Translations under genes and position numbers: made by a program
Part shown: positions 38,706-49,352 of the stretch, in pieces
How the letters are laid out: each line of letters opens with the position of its first letter
How positions within the stretch are numbered: position 1 is the first letter of the stretch
Assembly: GCA_965198945.1 (NCBI GenBank)
Contig: CBDAQI010000012.1
Location: forward strand, 83,964 to 147,963
Origin: Thermodesulfobacteriota bacterium
GTDB taxonomy: Bacteria; Desulfobacterota_D; UBA1144; Nemesobacterales; Mycalebacteriaceae
Reading direction: 5' to 3'
Length of the DNA: 64,000 nt
Notes under the pieces: model-generated
What the model saw: the letters and a program-made list of their open reading frames with translations, nothing else
What the model was told of the DNA's origin: nothing
Database searches by the model: none

Positions 38706-39865
38706 AAAATCCTTTTTCCCGCAGAATCAAACTTTCCGGGCTCACAGACGGGCTTGCCCCTTTCTATGTTATGGAAACCCTTGAAAGGGCGAAGCGGATG
38801 GAAAAATCGGGAGCTGATGTGATTCATTTTGAAGTCGGTGAGCCCGCCCTGCCGACTCCGCCCGAGGTCTGCCGTGCGGCTATTGATGCCATTGAACGCG
38901 GGGAAACTTTTTATTCTCCAAGCCTCGGGCTGGACTCTCTCAGGGAGAAAATAGCGGGGGCATACAATTCAAAATACGGGCTGGATGTTTCGGCGGATAA
39001 CGTTCTTGTAACTTCGGGCAGTTCACCCGCTCTGCTTCTTGCAATGATGTCCGTTGTCAATCCAGGCGATGAGGTTGTCATCACATCTCCTTATTACGCC
39101 TGTTATCCGGGAGTTATCAAATCTTCGGGAGGCGTGCCCGTTACGGTTCCCGTTTACGCCGAAGAAAACTATCAGATAGACGCCGCGAGACTGAAGAAAA
39201 AATTGAGTCGCAAAACCAGGGCCGTTATTCTCAATTCTCCCGCCAACCCCACGGGCGCGGTTCTTTCTGACGACACATTGCGGGAGATCTGCTCGCTTGG
39301 GGTTTTCGTCATATCAGACGAGATATATCACGGTCTTGAATACGGCGTGAGGTCAAAGTCCGTTCTTAACCACACCGGATTTGCCGCGGTTGTGAACGGG
39401 TTTTCAAAACTGTTTTCAATGACCGGCTGGCGGCTCGGATATATGATAGCCCACGGGGAATTGATACGCGCCGCGCAGAAGCTTCAGCAAAATCTCTTTC
39501 TGTCGGTCAACACATTTGTTCAGCGCGGCGGAGAGGCGGCGATTTCATATCTGTTTCCGAGGTCAGACGCAATCGCCGCCATGTATTCGGAGCGCAGAGA
39601 CACGATGATAAAGGCCCTTGAGAACATGGGATTTTCTCCGTGCGGAACCCCGCAAGGGGCTTTCTATCTTTTTGTAAAATGGCACGGAAACGGGGTTGAC
39701 TCCCGCCGCCTCGCGTTTGATATTCTTGAAAAAACTCGCGTTGCGGTAACTCCGGGAATTGATTTCGGGAGTGAAGGCCACTTGCGCTTTTCATATGCGG
39801 CGGGGGTTGATAAAATTGAGGAGGGCGTGGAAAGAATAGGGCGCTACTTGCGAAATTTTTCTTAA
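38702..39865 (+). CDS. PLP-dependent aminotransferase class I/II
   Basis: Motifs NSPANPTG, SDEIY and FSKLFSMTGWRLG. Confidence 0.93.
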   Translation: MKNPFSRRIKLSGLTDGLAPFYVMETLERAKRMEKSGADVIHFEVGEPALPTPPEVCRAAIDAIERGETFYSPSLGLDSLREKIAGAYNSKYGLDVSADNVLVTSGSSPALLLAMMSVVNPGDEVVITSPYYACYPGVIKSSGGVPVTVPVYAEENYQIDAARLKKKLSRKTRAVILNSPANPTGAVLSDDTLREICSLGVFVISDEIYHGLEYGVRSKSVLNHTGFAAVVNGFSKLFSMTGWRLGYMIAHGELIRAAQKLQQNLFLSVNTFVQRGGEAAISYLFPRSDAIAAMYSERRDTMIKALENMGFSPCGTPQGAFYLFVKWHGNGVDSRRLAFDILEKTRVAVTPGIDFGSEGHLRFSYAAGVDKIEEGVERIGRYLRNFS

Positions 39866-39902
39866 AAGGCGGCCGTTCCCGCCCGAAGCCTCCCGCATAG
39901 CA

Positions 39903-40646
39903 ATGAGAAAAAAACTGATTGCCGCAAACTGGAAGATGAACAAAACCCGGCGCGAAGCGGCGGATTTTGCCCGTTCCCTTACGGAAAGAATTGGCGATTT
40001 CAGTCACAAAATTGCTCTGTTCCCGCCTTTCACCGCTATTGAGACCGTGGCAAAAGAGGCGGAAAACTCAAAATTGATTGTGGGGGCGCAGGATGTTTTT
40101 TATGAACGGAAAGGCCCTTACACGGGGGAGGTTTCCTGTGAAATGCTTTCCAACCTCGGATGTGAGATGGTTATTGCGGGGCATTCTGAAAGACGGCATT
40201 TTTTCGGTGAGAGCGACGAGGTTGTGGCGGCCAAAACGAGGGCGGTTCTGAACAACGGCATGAGCGTTGTTCTGTGTGTGGGCGAGACTGAAAAACAAAG
40301 GTCGGACGGGGTTCAGAACGATGTCGTCCGGTCGCAGCTTGCGGCTTCACTTGCGGCGGTTGATTCTCAAAAAATAACGGTTGCATATGAGCCCGTCTGG
40401 GCAATTGGAACGGGAAGAAACGCCGGTCCCGAACAGATTGGAGACATGCACGCATTTATAAGAAAAGAGCTTTCAGTTCTTCTGGGGGAAACATCCGAAC
40501 AGATACGCATCATATACGGCGGCAGCATAAACCCCTCAAATGCGGCGGAGATTTCCCGGACTGAAAATGTGGACGGCATGCTTGTCGGAACGGCAAGTCT
40601 TGAATTGGAATCGTTTGTTGGTATCATAGAAGGTTCGGTGGACTGA
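39903..40646 (+). CDS. tpiA: Triosephosphate isomerase
   Basis: Motifs ANWKMN, GHSERR, AYEPVWAIGTG and YGGS. Confidence 0.98.
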   Translation: MRKKLIAANWKMNKTRREAADFARSLTERIGDFSHKIALFPPFTAIETVAKEAENSKLIVGAQDVFYERKGPYTGEVSCEMLSNLGCEMVIAGHSERRHFFGESDEVVAAKTRAVLNNGMSVVLCVGETEKQRSDGVQNDVVRSQLAASLAAVDSQKITVAYEPVWAIGTGRNAGPEQIGDMHAFIRKELSVLLGETSEQIRIIYGGSINPSNAAEISRTENVDGMLVGTASLELESFVGIIEGSVD

Positions 40647-40649
40647 AAA

Positions 40650-40961
40650 ATGGAAATTTTACTCCCTTTTCTTAAAGTGATTCACATCTGCGTCGCTCTG
40701 ATAATGATAGCCGTCATTTTGATTCAGCCGGGCGGCAGCGATGAGCTGGGAACGGTATTTGGCGGCGGCGGGTCTTCGGATTCGGTCTTCGGAGCGAGCG
40801 GGGCGACGACTTTTCTGTCAAAAGCGACAAGGTTTATGGCGATAATTTTTGTTTCAACCTCGCTTCTGCTGGGGTATATTTCATTCAAGCAGTCGTCTTC
40901 ATCCGTGTTTGACAGCCGCGTCATTGAGGCTCCCGCTGAAACGGTGGCTCCGGAAAAATAA
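40650..40961 (+). CDS. secG: Preprotein translocase subunit SecG
   Basis: Two transmembrane helices around a Gly-rich loop; tpiA-secG gene order. Confidence 0.9.
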   Translation: MEILLPFLKVIHICVALIMIAVILIQPGGSDELGTVFGGGGSSDSVFGASGATTFLSKATRFMAIIFVSTSLLLGYISFKQSSSSVFDSRVIEAPAETVAPEK

Positions 40962-41001
40962 AGCGGAAGTCGCGGTAAAAAATCAAAAAGGAGGTGTGTA
41001 T

Positions 41002-41268
41002 ATGCCATATGTAATAGCCGAGCCGTGCATTGATGTTAAAGACAAGTCGTGTGTTGAAGCGTGCCCCGTAGATTGCATATATGAAGGGGAGATGCAGCTT
41101 TATATTGAGCCGAACGAGTGCATTGACTGCGGAGCGTGTGTTGACCCATGCCCGGTTGACGCTATTTTCCATGAAGACGAAGTCCCTGAAAAATGGCAGA
41201 GGTTTATCAAAGAAAACAGCGATTTCTTTGAGGGTAAAGAAAATCTCACCCCCGCCACAAAAGACTGA
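41002..41268 (+). CDS. 7Fe-type ferredoxin (FdxA-like)
   Basis: [26 protein letters not shown] and [18 protein letters not shown] ribosome-binding site. Confidence 0.93.
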   Translation: MPYVIAEPCIDVKDKSCVEACPVDCIYEGEMQLYIEPNECIDCGACVDPCPVDAIFHEDEVPEKWQRFIKENSDFFEGKENLTPATKD

Positions 41269-41908
41269 AATTTCCGAATCGCTGAAGGAAAAAGCCCTCG
41301 GCATATTATCTTTTCTTGAAGACCGGTATCCGCGCGCACGGTGTCATTTGAATTACGGTTCCGCTTTTGAGCTGCTTATCGGATCAATTCTTTCAGCTCA
41401 GTGCACGGATAAAAGGGTGAACACAATCACTCCGGGGCTTTTCAGGAAATATCCCTTCCCCGAGAGCTTTGCCCGGGCCCGGCAGTCAAGTCTTGAAAAG
41501 GATATTTTCAGCGCGGGCTTCTATAAAAACAAAGCGAGATCCATAATCAAATGTTCGGATGTTATCGTGCGTGAATACGGCGGTCAGGTTCCCCGAACCA
41601 TGGGCGAGCTTTCCTCTCTTCCGGGAATCGGCAGAAAAACCGCCAATGTTGTTCTTGGAAACTGGTTCGGAAAACCCGGAGTAATAGTTGACACTCATAT
41701 AACGAGGCTTTCAAGGAGACTTGGAATGACCTCAGGAAAAACCGCCGAAGGCATAGAAAAAGACCTGATGGGCCTTGTGCCCTGCGAGAAATGGACATTT
41801 TTTTCCAATGCGCTCGGCGATCACGGCAGAGAGGTTTGCAAAGCTAAAAAGCCTCTTTGTCAGCAGTGCGGAGTTTACGACCTTTGTGTGTGGGAAGGGA
41901 AAGAATGA
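41228..41908 (+). CDS. nth: Endonuclease III (start uncertain)
   Basis: Motifs [21 protein letters not shown] and the C-x6-C-x2-C-x5-C Fe-S motif. Confidence 0.93.
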   Translation: MRVKKISPPPQKTEISESLKEKALGILSFLEDRYPRARCHLNYGSAFELLIGSILSAQCTDKRVNTITPGLFRKYPFPESFARARQSSLEKDIFSAGFYKNKARSIIKCSDVIVREYGGQVPRTMGELSSLPGIGRKTANVVLGNWFGKPGVIVDTHITRLSRRLGMTSGKTAEGIEKDLMGLVPCEKWTFFSNALGDHGREVCKAKKPLCQQCGVYDLCVWEGKE

Positions 41909-42816
41909 GCGGCGGTGAGAAAAATCAAAAAGGCCCGGCACAGGAGCTTATATCAATTCCCACAAAAGGCGGCAATGTAAACGCGCTTTTCTACAAATGC
42001 GGAGAAACTGAAGACAAAACAAAACCGATTGTAATCCATGTTCACGGGTTTCTCGGAAATTTTCTTGAGGGAAGTCAGAGATTTCTGCCTCCGGTTCTCG
42101 CAAGAGCCGGATATTCCTCTCTGGCAATTAACACCCGTCTTTCCAACTTCAGTCTGTTTTTCGGCTACGGAATGGTGGACAGCACAATTCCACAGATAGA
42201 CGGTGTTATAAATTTTTTGCGCGAACTCGGTTATGAAAAAATCATAATATCCGGTTACAGCCTCGGCGGCTGCATAGCCGTCAGATATGTGTCGGTGAAA
42301 CATGAGACCGGGGGCGCGGATTCTGTTTCAGGAATGATAGCCATAGCCACCCCGTATTCAATGCCGGACTCCGTAAGAAGAAGATGGGACAAATGGCAGA
42401 GCATTCCCTCTTATAACCAGATTTACGAGGAAGCCCGGGAAATTCTCGGAGATGACCCGATGAATTCATCCGAAGACCGCACTATCATAATACGTAAGGC
42501 TCGCGGAGACAGTTTCAGCCCTGAGCATTGCGAAATATACACTTACAAAACATGGTGGTTTCTCGCCGGTCCCGAAGCGGTGAGCACAAAAACCTACAAA
42601 CAGATAGAAAACGTGAAGGTTCCGACGCTTCTGATACAGGGATGGGACGACAAGGTTGTATTCCCGAATGAAACGCATGACCTGTCTCAAAGGGCAATAG
42701 AGGCCGGAAACAACGATGTTTCGGCTTTTTTTCTCAACGCCGGGCACACGCTTGAAGGCAAGGAAGAAGAGCTCGGGGAAATTATCACAAACTGGATGCA
42801 GAGAAGAATAAAATAA
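41905..42816 (+). CDS. Alpha/beta hydrolase
   Basis: HVHG, GYSLG nucleophile elbow and AGH; ATGA overlap with nth. Confidence 0.8.
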   Translation: MSGGEKNQKGPAQELISIPTKGGNVNALFYKCGETEDKTKPIVIHVHGFLGNFLEGSQRFLPPVLARAGYSSLAINTRLSNFSLFFGYGMVDSTIPQIDGVINFLRELGYEKIIISGYSLGGCIAVRYVSVKHETGGADSVSGMIAIATPYSMPDSVRRRWDKWQSIPSYNQIYEEAREILGDDPMNSSEDRTIIIRKARGDSFSPEHCEIYTYKTWWFLAGPEAVSTKTYKQIENVKVPTLLIQGWDDKVVFPNETHDLSQRAIEAGNNDVSAFFLNAGHTLEGKEEELGEIITNWMQRRIK

Positions 42817-42819
42817 CCG

Positions 42820-43716
42820 ATGTCTTTTCAACGGCGGCAGATTCTTCACTACAGCGCACGAGACGGTTTTGCCATTGATTCTCTTCTCACAACCCCCGGA
42901 GCCGCAAGCGAGTATGAGTTGCGGCGTATTCCGGTCATAATCAACATACACGGCGTGCTCGGCAACTTCCTTGCGCGCGGCACCCCGAAAATTTTCCCTT
43001 CTGTCATGCTTGAAAAGGGGCATTCAACATTTTCAATTAACACGAGAATGGCCTTTCTGGGTCAGATCACCGGAACGGGCATATTTCACAAGGCGGCGGA
43101 TGATATTGAGTGTTCGGTTGAGATTTTGAAAGAGGAGGGTTTTGAGAACATCTACATACTCGGCTACAGCATGGGAGCAAACATAGCTGTTGACTATATG
43201 ACAAAACGCCCGGACTCTCCAGTGAAGGGGCTGATACTTGAAGGGTGTTCGCCTTCTCTGCCGGACTCTCACAGGGCGCGGCTTGACAGATGGCAGAGCA
43301 TTCCGAGCTACGAAGAAATCCACAGAAAGGCCAAATCGGTTTTGAAGCCCGACCCCGAAACTTCCAGAAACGACCAGGTTTTTGTGGTTTACAAAGCCTG
43401 GGGAAAATCTTTCAATCCTTCGGATGTTGAAATTTTCACTTATAAAACATGGTGGTTTATGAGAAGCCCCGATGCGGAACGTGCGAAAACCCGTGACATC
43501 ATACATGACATCTCCGTGCCGGTGCTCTTCATCAACGGAGCCAATGATGACATAGTTTTCAGGGGTGAGCCTGAAAAATTGAAGGAGATTTTGAATAACG
43601 CTGGCAACCGCAAAGTGGAAATTGAATACATACCGGACGCGGGTCATGACTGTCTTGATAACCCGGAATATTCGGCGGACATTATAGACCGGTGGATAAG
43701 GAAAATTGAGGGATAG
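42820..43716 (+). CDS. Alpha/beta hydrolase, paralog of the upstream gene
   Basis: NIHG, GYSMG and AGH; shares WQSIPSY and TYKTWWF with the upstream gene. Confidence 0.8.
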   Translation: MSFQRRQILHYSARDGFAIDSLLTTPGAASEYELRRIPVIINIHGVLGNFLARGTPKIFPSVMLEKGHSTFSINTRMAFLGQITGTGIFHKAADDIECSVEILKEEGFENIYILGYSMGANIAVDYMTKRPDSPVKGLILEGCSPSLPDSHRARLDRWQSIPSYEEIHRKAKSVLKPDPETSRNDQVFVVYKAWGKSFNPSDVEIFTYKTWWFMRSPDAERAKTRDIIHDISVPVLFINGANDDIVFRGEPEKLKEILNNAGNRKVEIEYIPDAGHDCLDNPEYSADIIDRWIRKIEG

Positions 43717-43878
43717 GCTTTGACAAGGATGAAGAACGGCTTTCCGTTTTGTTTTTAATTGTTAAAATATGTTGAAAAACTGTCTTTCATAATATATTTT
43801 CTTCGCCTCAATGGCGGATTTGCCATGAGACAGTTTTTATTTGGCTGAATATAAACGGACACCCCGATTTCGTCCGCT

Positions 43879-45441
43879 ATGGTTACAAAGACTAAAACAA
43901 GCGTTTCAGCGAAAGTTCTTTCCGCTCACGGCATCAAGACTTCGGGACGGGTGATGGTCAACCTTTCCGTGCCCGAGCTCTATGAAGAGTCCATATCCAG
44001 AAATGAAGCGGAAATAGCATGCGGCGGCGGTCTTGTGGCCAATACGGGAAAGCACACCGGCCGTTCTCCGAACGACCGTTTCATAGTCAGGGATTCATAC
44101 ACAAAAGATTCGGTGAACTGGGGCAGGGTGAATCAGCCGCTGACCGCCGGCGCTTTTCAATCACTCTACCGGAAAGTTTCGGACTACCTTTCAGACAAGG
44201 ATCTGTTTGTGAAAGACCTCGCAGTTTGCGCTCATCCGCAATACAAATCTTCAATCAGAGTAATAAATGAATTTGCGTGGCACAATATATTTGCGAACAA
44301 CCTCTTCATCAGGCCGAAAGACGGGAGTTTTTCCGGTCAAAAGCCCGATTTTACCGTAATCTGTGCGCCCGGTTGCAAAGCAAATCCCTCCGAAGACGGC
44401 ACAAACTCTGAAACTTTCATAATCCTGAATCTTAAAAAGAGGATTGCTCTCATAGGAGGAACCCGATACGCCGGGGAGATGAAAAAATCCATATTTACGT
44501 CACTGAACTTCCTTCTTCCCGAAAAGGGGGTTTTCCCGATGCACTGTTCGGCAAATGTCGGAGCAAAAGGCGATTCCGCTCTTTTCTTCGGTTTGTCCGG
44601 GACGGGCAAAACCACCCTGTCCGCAGACCCCGAGCGCAAACTCATAGGAGACGATGAACACGGCTGGTTTGACGGCGGAGTGTTCAACTTTGAAGGCGGC
44701 TGCTATGCGAAGGCGATTCGTCTCAATCCCGAAACCGAGCCCGAAATCTATTCCGCATCCATGCGCTTCGGTTCAATACTTGAAAACGTTGATATTGACG
44801 AGAGGACCAAAAAGATAGATTTTGACAGCGCCAGATACACCGAGAACACAAGGGTTGCATACCAGATAGACTCTCTTCCTGAAATAGTGGAGAACGGAGC
44901 CGGGCCGGCCCCGAAAAATGTCTTCATGCTGACATATGATGCCTTCGGTGTTTTGCCTCCCATATCAAAACTGACCCCTAAACAGGCGATGAAATTCTTT
45001 CTTCTCGGATATACGGCAAAAGTTGCCGGTACCGAGCGCGGAGTCAGCGAGCCTCAAATGACTTTCAGTTCGTGTTTCGGCGCGCCGTTTCTGCCCCGTT
45101 CTCCGCATTTCTACGCAGACATGCTGGAAAAAAGAATGAAAAAAGCCGGGGCGAGAGTCTGGCTTCTGAACACCGGAATATCAGGAGGGCCCTACGGTGT
45201 CGGCAAAAGAATGCCTCTTCCTCAAACCAGAGCCATGGTCAAAGCCGCGCTTAACGGGACAATTGAGAAAGGCGGCTTCACTGAAGTTCCCGTTTTCGGA
45301 CTCCGCGTTCCGAAGTTGTGTCCCGGGGTTCCGCAAAAACTGCTTCAGCCGAGAAAGTGCTGGAAAAGCGTCAAACAGTATGATTTGAAAGCCGCCGAGC
45401 TTCAGGAAAGATTTGAAAAGGAACTTCTCAATTACAAATAG
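43879..45441 (+). CDS. pckA: Phosphoenolpyruvate carboxykinase (ATP)
   Basis: Motifs TGRSP, YAGEMKK, GLSGTGKTTLS, IGDDEHGW and EGGCYAK. Confidence 0.98.
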   Translation: MVTKTKTSVSAKVLSAHGIKTSGRVMVNLSVPELYEESISRNEAEIACGGGLVANTGKHTGRSPNDRFIVRDSYTKDSVNWGRVNQPLTAGAFQSLYRKVSDYLSDKDLFVKDLAVCAHPQYKSSIRVINEFAWHNIFANNLFIRPKDGSFSGQKPDFTVICAPGCKANPSEDGTNSETFIILNLKKRIALIGGTRYAGEMKKSIFTSLNFLLPEKGVFPMHCSANVGAKGDSALFFGLSGTGKTTLSADPERKLIGDDEHGWFDGGVFNFEGGCYAKAIRLNPETEPEIYSASMRFGSILENVDIDERTKKIDFDSARYTENTRVAYQIDSLPEIVENGAGPAPKNVFMLTYDAFGVLPPISKLTPKQAMKFFLLGYTAKVAGTERGVSEPQMTFSSCFGAPFLPRSPHFYADMLEKRMKKAGARVWLLNTGISGGPYGVGKRMPLPQTRAMVKAALNGTIEKGGFTEVPVFGLRVPKLCPGVPQKLLQPRKCWKSVKQYDLKAAELQERFEKELLNYK

Positions 45442-45503
45442 TTTCTTTCAGCGGATTGGAAAGTTCCCCGCCGGGTTGTAGAATAGGTTTACGGTCTTCT
45501 TAA

Positions 45504-47039
45504 ATGAGAGTCTACGCTCCCGAACAAAAAAGGCACATCCACAGTTTTCCGGTTTTTCTTCTATTTGTTTTTTCATTCATGCTCTCTGCCGGAGAGGCAA
45601 ATGCGGCGGATGATTCTTCAATAAAAAAATCAATAGTGCGAATCCATGTTCAAAAAACCGTTCCGTCATACAAACAGCCGTGGATAGTCAACAACCCGTC
45701 TTCCGGATTCGGTTCGGGCTCCATAATTTCCGATTCTCATATCCTTACAAGCGCGCACGTGGTTTCCCACGGGACTTTTATTCAGGTCAGCAGATTCGGA
45801 GACCCGAATAAATACACTGCGGATTTGCTTTTTATTTCACACGAGGCCGACCTCGCAATTCTTACCGTCAAGAAAAAAGAGTTTTTCAAGGGAACAAAGC
45901 CGATTCAACTGAGCCGCAAACTTGTGCGCACGCAGGAAGAAGTCAGCGTCTACGGGTTTCCCATAGGCGGCGAGACTTTGAGCGTTACAAGGGGGATTGT
46001 GTCGCGCATTGAGCATGAGATTTACTCTCACAGCGTTTACAGGCTGATTATGGCTCAGGTGGACGCCCCGATCAATCCGGGAAACAGCGGCGGCCCGGTT
46101 ATCGTAAACGGGGAAATTGTCGGTGTTGTAATACAGAAACTCGCGATGTCTGAAAATATCGGCTACATGGCTCCCACGCCCGTGATAGACCATTTTCTTG
46201 ATGACATTAAAGACGGTTCATATGACGGATTCCCGGTTCTCGGCATCGTAACTCAGGTTACCCAGAATCCTGATTTAAGAGAGAAAAAACTTGCTTCCGA
46301 TGATGACGGGGGGGTTCTTGTGACAAAGGTGGTTGCCGGTTCCCCGGCTGACGGCAGCATTGTGAGGGGTGATGTTATTGTTTCAATTGACGGCACGGAG
46401 ATATTTTCAGACGGCACGGTTAATTTCAGGGACGGGGAAAGAACCAGTTTCTCTTATCTTATTGATTCACATCAGATAGGGGACAAAATCAAGGTCGGGG
46501 TTTTGAGAAACGGAGAGAAAATGGATTTTGAAATAACCCTGACAAAAGGTGTAGGAGAATTGCGGCTTGTTAACACAAACTATGATAATCCAAGCTATTA
46601 CATATTTGCCGGCTGTATTTTTTCACCGCTGACTTTCAACTATTTGAGAGAATGGGGCCCAAGGTGGTTTGTGAATGCGCCCAGCACCCTGCTTTCAAAA
46701 CTTGCCCAGAATGTCAGGGAGTTTCCCGAACAAGAGGTTGTCGTTCTTGTAAAAGTCCTGCCTTCGGAGGTTAACTACGGTTATCACGGAACGTTAAACT
46801 GGGTGCTGGAAAAAGTGAACGGAATCAAGATAAAAAATATGAAACATCTTGTAAGAGTTGTTGAGACCGAAGCGGCAAAGGGCGGGTTTGTAACCTTTGA
46901 AAATACATATGGGGAGGAGATTGTTTTTTCAGCGCGGAAAGCCGCGCAGAGCGGGGCTCCGCTTCTTGCCACTTATCAGATAAGCAAAGATAGGTCTCCC
47001 GACCTTGTGGTTCCCATTCTTGAATCCATAGAGTTTTAG
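45504..47039 (+). CDS. Deg/HtrA family serine protease with PDZ domains
   Basis: Signal peptide; LTSAHVV, DLAIL and INPGNSGGP catalytic motifs; PDZ region. Confidence 0.92.
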   Translation: MRVYAPEQKRHIHSFPVFLLFVFSFMLSAGEANAADDSSIKKSIVRIHVQKTVPSYKQPWIVNNPSSGFGSGSIISDSHILTSAHVVSHGTFIQVSRFGDPNKYTADLLFISHEADLAILTVKKKEFFKGTKPIQLSRKLVRTQEEVSVYGFPIGGETLSVTRGIVSRIEHEIYSHSVYRLIMAQVDAPINPGNSGGPVIVNGEIVGVVIQKLAMSENIGYMAPTPVIDHFLDDIKDGSYDGFPVLGIVTQVTQNPDLREKKLASDDDGGVLVTKVVAGSPADGSIVRGDVIVSIDGTEIFSDGTVNFRDGERTSFSYLIDSHQIGDKIKVGVLRNGEKMDFEITLTKGVGELRLVNTNYDNPSYYIFAGCIFSPLTFNYLREWGPRWFVNAPSTLLSKLAQNVREFPEQEVVVLVKVLPSEVNYGYHGTLNWVLEKVNGIKIKNMKHLVRVVETEAAKGGFVTFENTYGEEIVFSARKAAQSGAPLLATYQISKDRSPDLVVPILESIEF

Positions 47040-47449
47040 CTCAAAACCTCAAACTCTCTGCCTTTGAGCACGTTCTTCAATTTTATAAACTTCAGATATT
47101 TTCTCTCTTTATAAAACCTTCCCCTTATGCTCAGCCTGTCTCCTTTTTTCAGGGTGTCATGGGTTCCCCTTAAATAAACAAGCATTACGGTGCCGCCGCC
47201 GTCCGCTCCTTTCATTTTGAATACTGTGTAGTCTTTTCCTTTGAAACGTCTCGTTTCCACCTCTGATGATATGTTTCCCTCAGTCTTTATAACCTTTCTG
47301 TGGTAAACGTCCGCGTTGTCAGTTACATGATCCACCGAAAGCGGGGTTTCATCAGTTTTTTTCTCCTCCGCATCCGGGGCGGTGGTTCCGAAAACGGAAA
47401 ACATCAAGACAAGGGCGGGGAATAAAAGAAACGGTTTTTTTGTTTTCAT
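47036..47449 (-). CDS. Exported hypothetical protein, possible OB fold
   Basis: Signal peptide and beta-rich pattern; 4-nt overlap with the fumC stop. Confidence 0.6.
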   Translation of the reverse strand: MKTKKPFLLFPALVLMFSVFGTTAPDAEEKKTDETPLSVDHVTDNADVYHRKVIKTEGNISSEVETRRFKGKDYTVFKMKGADGGGTVMLVYLRGTHDTLKKGDRLSIRGRFYKERKYLKFIKLKNVLKGREFEVLS

Positions 47450-48855
47450 CTTTTTTTGCCTTGCGTTGTTCCGGTCATTGTGCGCGGGTCAAGCAGCGCG
47501 TCAAGTTCTTTGCGGGGCAGAATTTCTCCGCTTTCAGCCGTCTCCCTGACGGTTTGATTTTTTTGATAAGCTTCTTTGGCAATCGCGGCGGCCGCGTCAT
47601 ATCCTATGACGAGAGCCAGGCTTGTGCACATTGCGAGGCTTTTTTCCACGGTTTCCCGGCACCTGTCTTTGTTTGCCTCCATGCCGTCCACACATTTTTC
47701 GGCAAACGCGCCGCACGCTCCGGACAGCAGTGAAATTGAGCTCAGAAGGTTGTTTGCAATCATTGTCATCATAACGTTCAGTTCGAAATTTCCGCTCTGG
47801 CCGCCGATTGTTATGGCCGTGTCGTTGCCGATTACCTGTGCGCAGACCTGAGTGAGGGATTCAGCCATAACGGGGTTGACTTTGCCCGGCATGATGGATG
47901 AGCCCGGCTGAACCGCCGGAAGGTTGATTTCCCCGAAACCGCAGCGGGGCCCGCTGCCGAGCCAGCGTATGTCATTTGCGATTTTCATAAGACTCACCGC
48001 CAGAGTTTTCAGCGAGCCGCTCATCTCCACCGCCGCGTCTTTGGCCCCCTGAGCCTCAAAATGGTTTTTTGCCTCAACAAAACGCGTTCCCGCGAGGCGG
48101 CTTATGCGTGCGGCGGTTTTTGAGCCGAATTTTTTGTGAGTGTTGATTCCCGTTCCCACGGCCGTGCCGCCGAGCGCGAGTTCTCTGAGACCTTCGCACG
48201 ATGACTTGATGTCGCGCGTTCTCTGGGAAACCATCGCGGCATACCCGCCGAATTCCTGTCCCAGAGTTATGGGGGTCGCATCCTGAAGATGGGTTCTTCC
48301 TATTTTTACGATTGCCCCGAAGGCGCGCGATTTGCGAGCGAGCGATTTCTGAAGTTTGGCGAGCGCGGGCAGCAGATTTTTCTGTATGCCGATCACCGCC
48401 GCAATGTGGATCGCCGAAGGGATTACGTCGTTGCTTGACTGTCCCATATTTACATGATCATTCGGATGAACGGGCGATTTGTCTCCGATTTTGCCGCCCA
48501 GAATCTCGTTGGCTCTGCTTGCCATCACCTCATTGGCGTTCATGTTGGTTGAAGTTCCCGAACCGGTCTGAAAAACATCCACTACAAAGTGTTCGTTTAG
48601 TTTGCCGTCCACCACATCTTTTGCGGCTTTTTCAATCGCCTTGCCCTCTTTTTTGCCAAGCAGACCCAGTTCCATGTTTGTCTGTGCCGCCGCGAGTTTT
48701 ATCATTCCGACCGCGGCCGTAAATGTGTCGGGAAGAGTCTCACCGCTTATTGGAAAATTCTGCACCGCTCTTGCCGTCTGCGCTCCGTAGTAAGCGTCCG
48801 CGGGAACGCTCATTTCTCCCATTGAGTCCGATTCTATTCTTGTTTTCCGGTTCAT
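47446..48855 (-). CDS. fumC: Fumarate hydratase class II
   Basis: Motifs QTGSGTSTNMN, HPNDHVN, GRTHLQDA and GSSIMPGKVNP. Confidence 0.97.
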   Translation of the reverse strand: MNRKTRIESDSMGEMSVPADAYYGAQTARAVQNFPISGETLPDTFTAAVGMIKLAAAQTNMELGLLGKKEGKAIEKAAKDVVDGKLNEHFVVDVFQTGSGTSTNMNANEVMASRANEILGGKIGDKSPVHPNDHVNMGQSSNDVIPSAIHIAAVIGIQKNLLPALAKLQKSLARKSRAFGAIVKIGRTHLQDATPITLGQEFGGYAAMVSQRTRDIKSSCEGLRELALGGTAVGTGINTHKKFGSKTAARISRLAGTRFVEAKNHFEAQGAKDAAVEMSGSLKTLAVSLMKIANDIRWLGSGPRCGFGEINLPAVQPGSSIMPGKVNPVMAESLTQVCAQVIGNDTAITIGGQSGNFELNVMMTMIANNLLSSISLLSGACGAFAEKCVDGMEANKDRCRETVEKSLAMCTSLALVIGYDAAAAIAKEAYQKNQTVRETAESGEILPRKELDALLDPRTMTGTTQGKKR

Positions 48856-49003
48856 TAAATGTTCCCCCGTGCGCAAGCCGCGCCGCATAAGGCCGTAGAT
48901 TACTGGAATGTGTGCCGCGCCGCAACACTTAGAGGAGCCTGGGCTCTTGACAGTCGCCGTTTGGAAATTACATTACTCATCATCACAAATACGGAGGATA
49001 TTG

Positions 49004-49333
49004 ATGCCTGAAGATAATGTTATTGAACTGAAAGATTCTGTTTTTGAAAGCGAAGTTATTAAGAGTGATATTCCCGTGCTTGTTGATTTCTGGGCTCCGT
49101 GGTGTGGTCCCTGCAAGGCAATCGCGCCGTCGGTCAGCAGAATATCCGAAGATTTTGCTGGCAGAGTAAAAGTTGGAAAAGTCAATGTGGATGAGAATCA
49201 GCAGACTTCCGTTCAATTTGGAATCAGAAGCATCCCCACTTTGCTTCTTTTCAAGAACGGTGAGATTTTTGACCAGATAATAGGCGCGGTTTCACACGGT
49301 GACCTTGAGCAGTTTGTTAACAAGGCGCTTTAA
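49004..49333 (+). CDS. trxA: Thioredoxin
   Basis: WAPWCGPC motif; GGAGG ribosome-binding site; TTGACA (48947) and TACATT (48969) upstream. Confidence 0.96.
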   Translation: MPEDNVIELKDSVFESEVIKSDIPVLVDFWAPWCGPCKAIAPSVSRISEDFAGRVKVGKVNVDENQQTSVQFGIRSIPTLLLFKNGEIFDQIIGAVSHGDLEQFVNKAL

Positions 49334-49352
49334 TTCACAAGGTTAGAACGGG

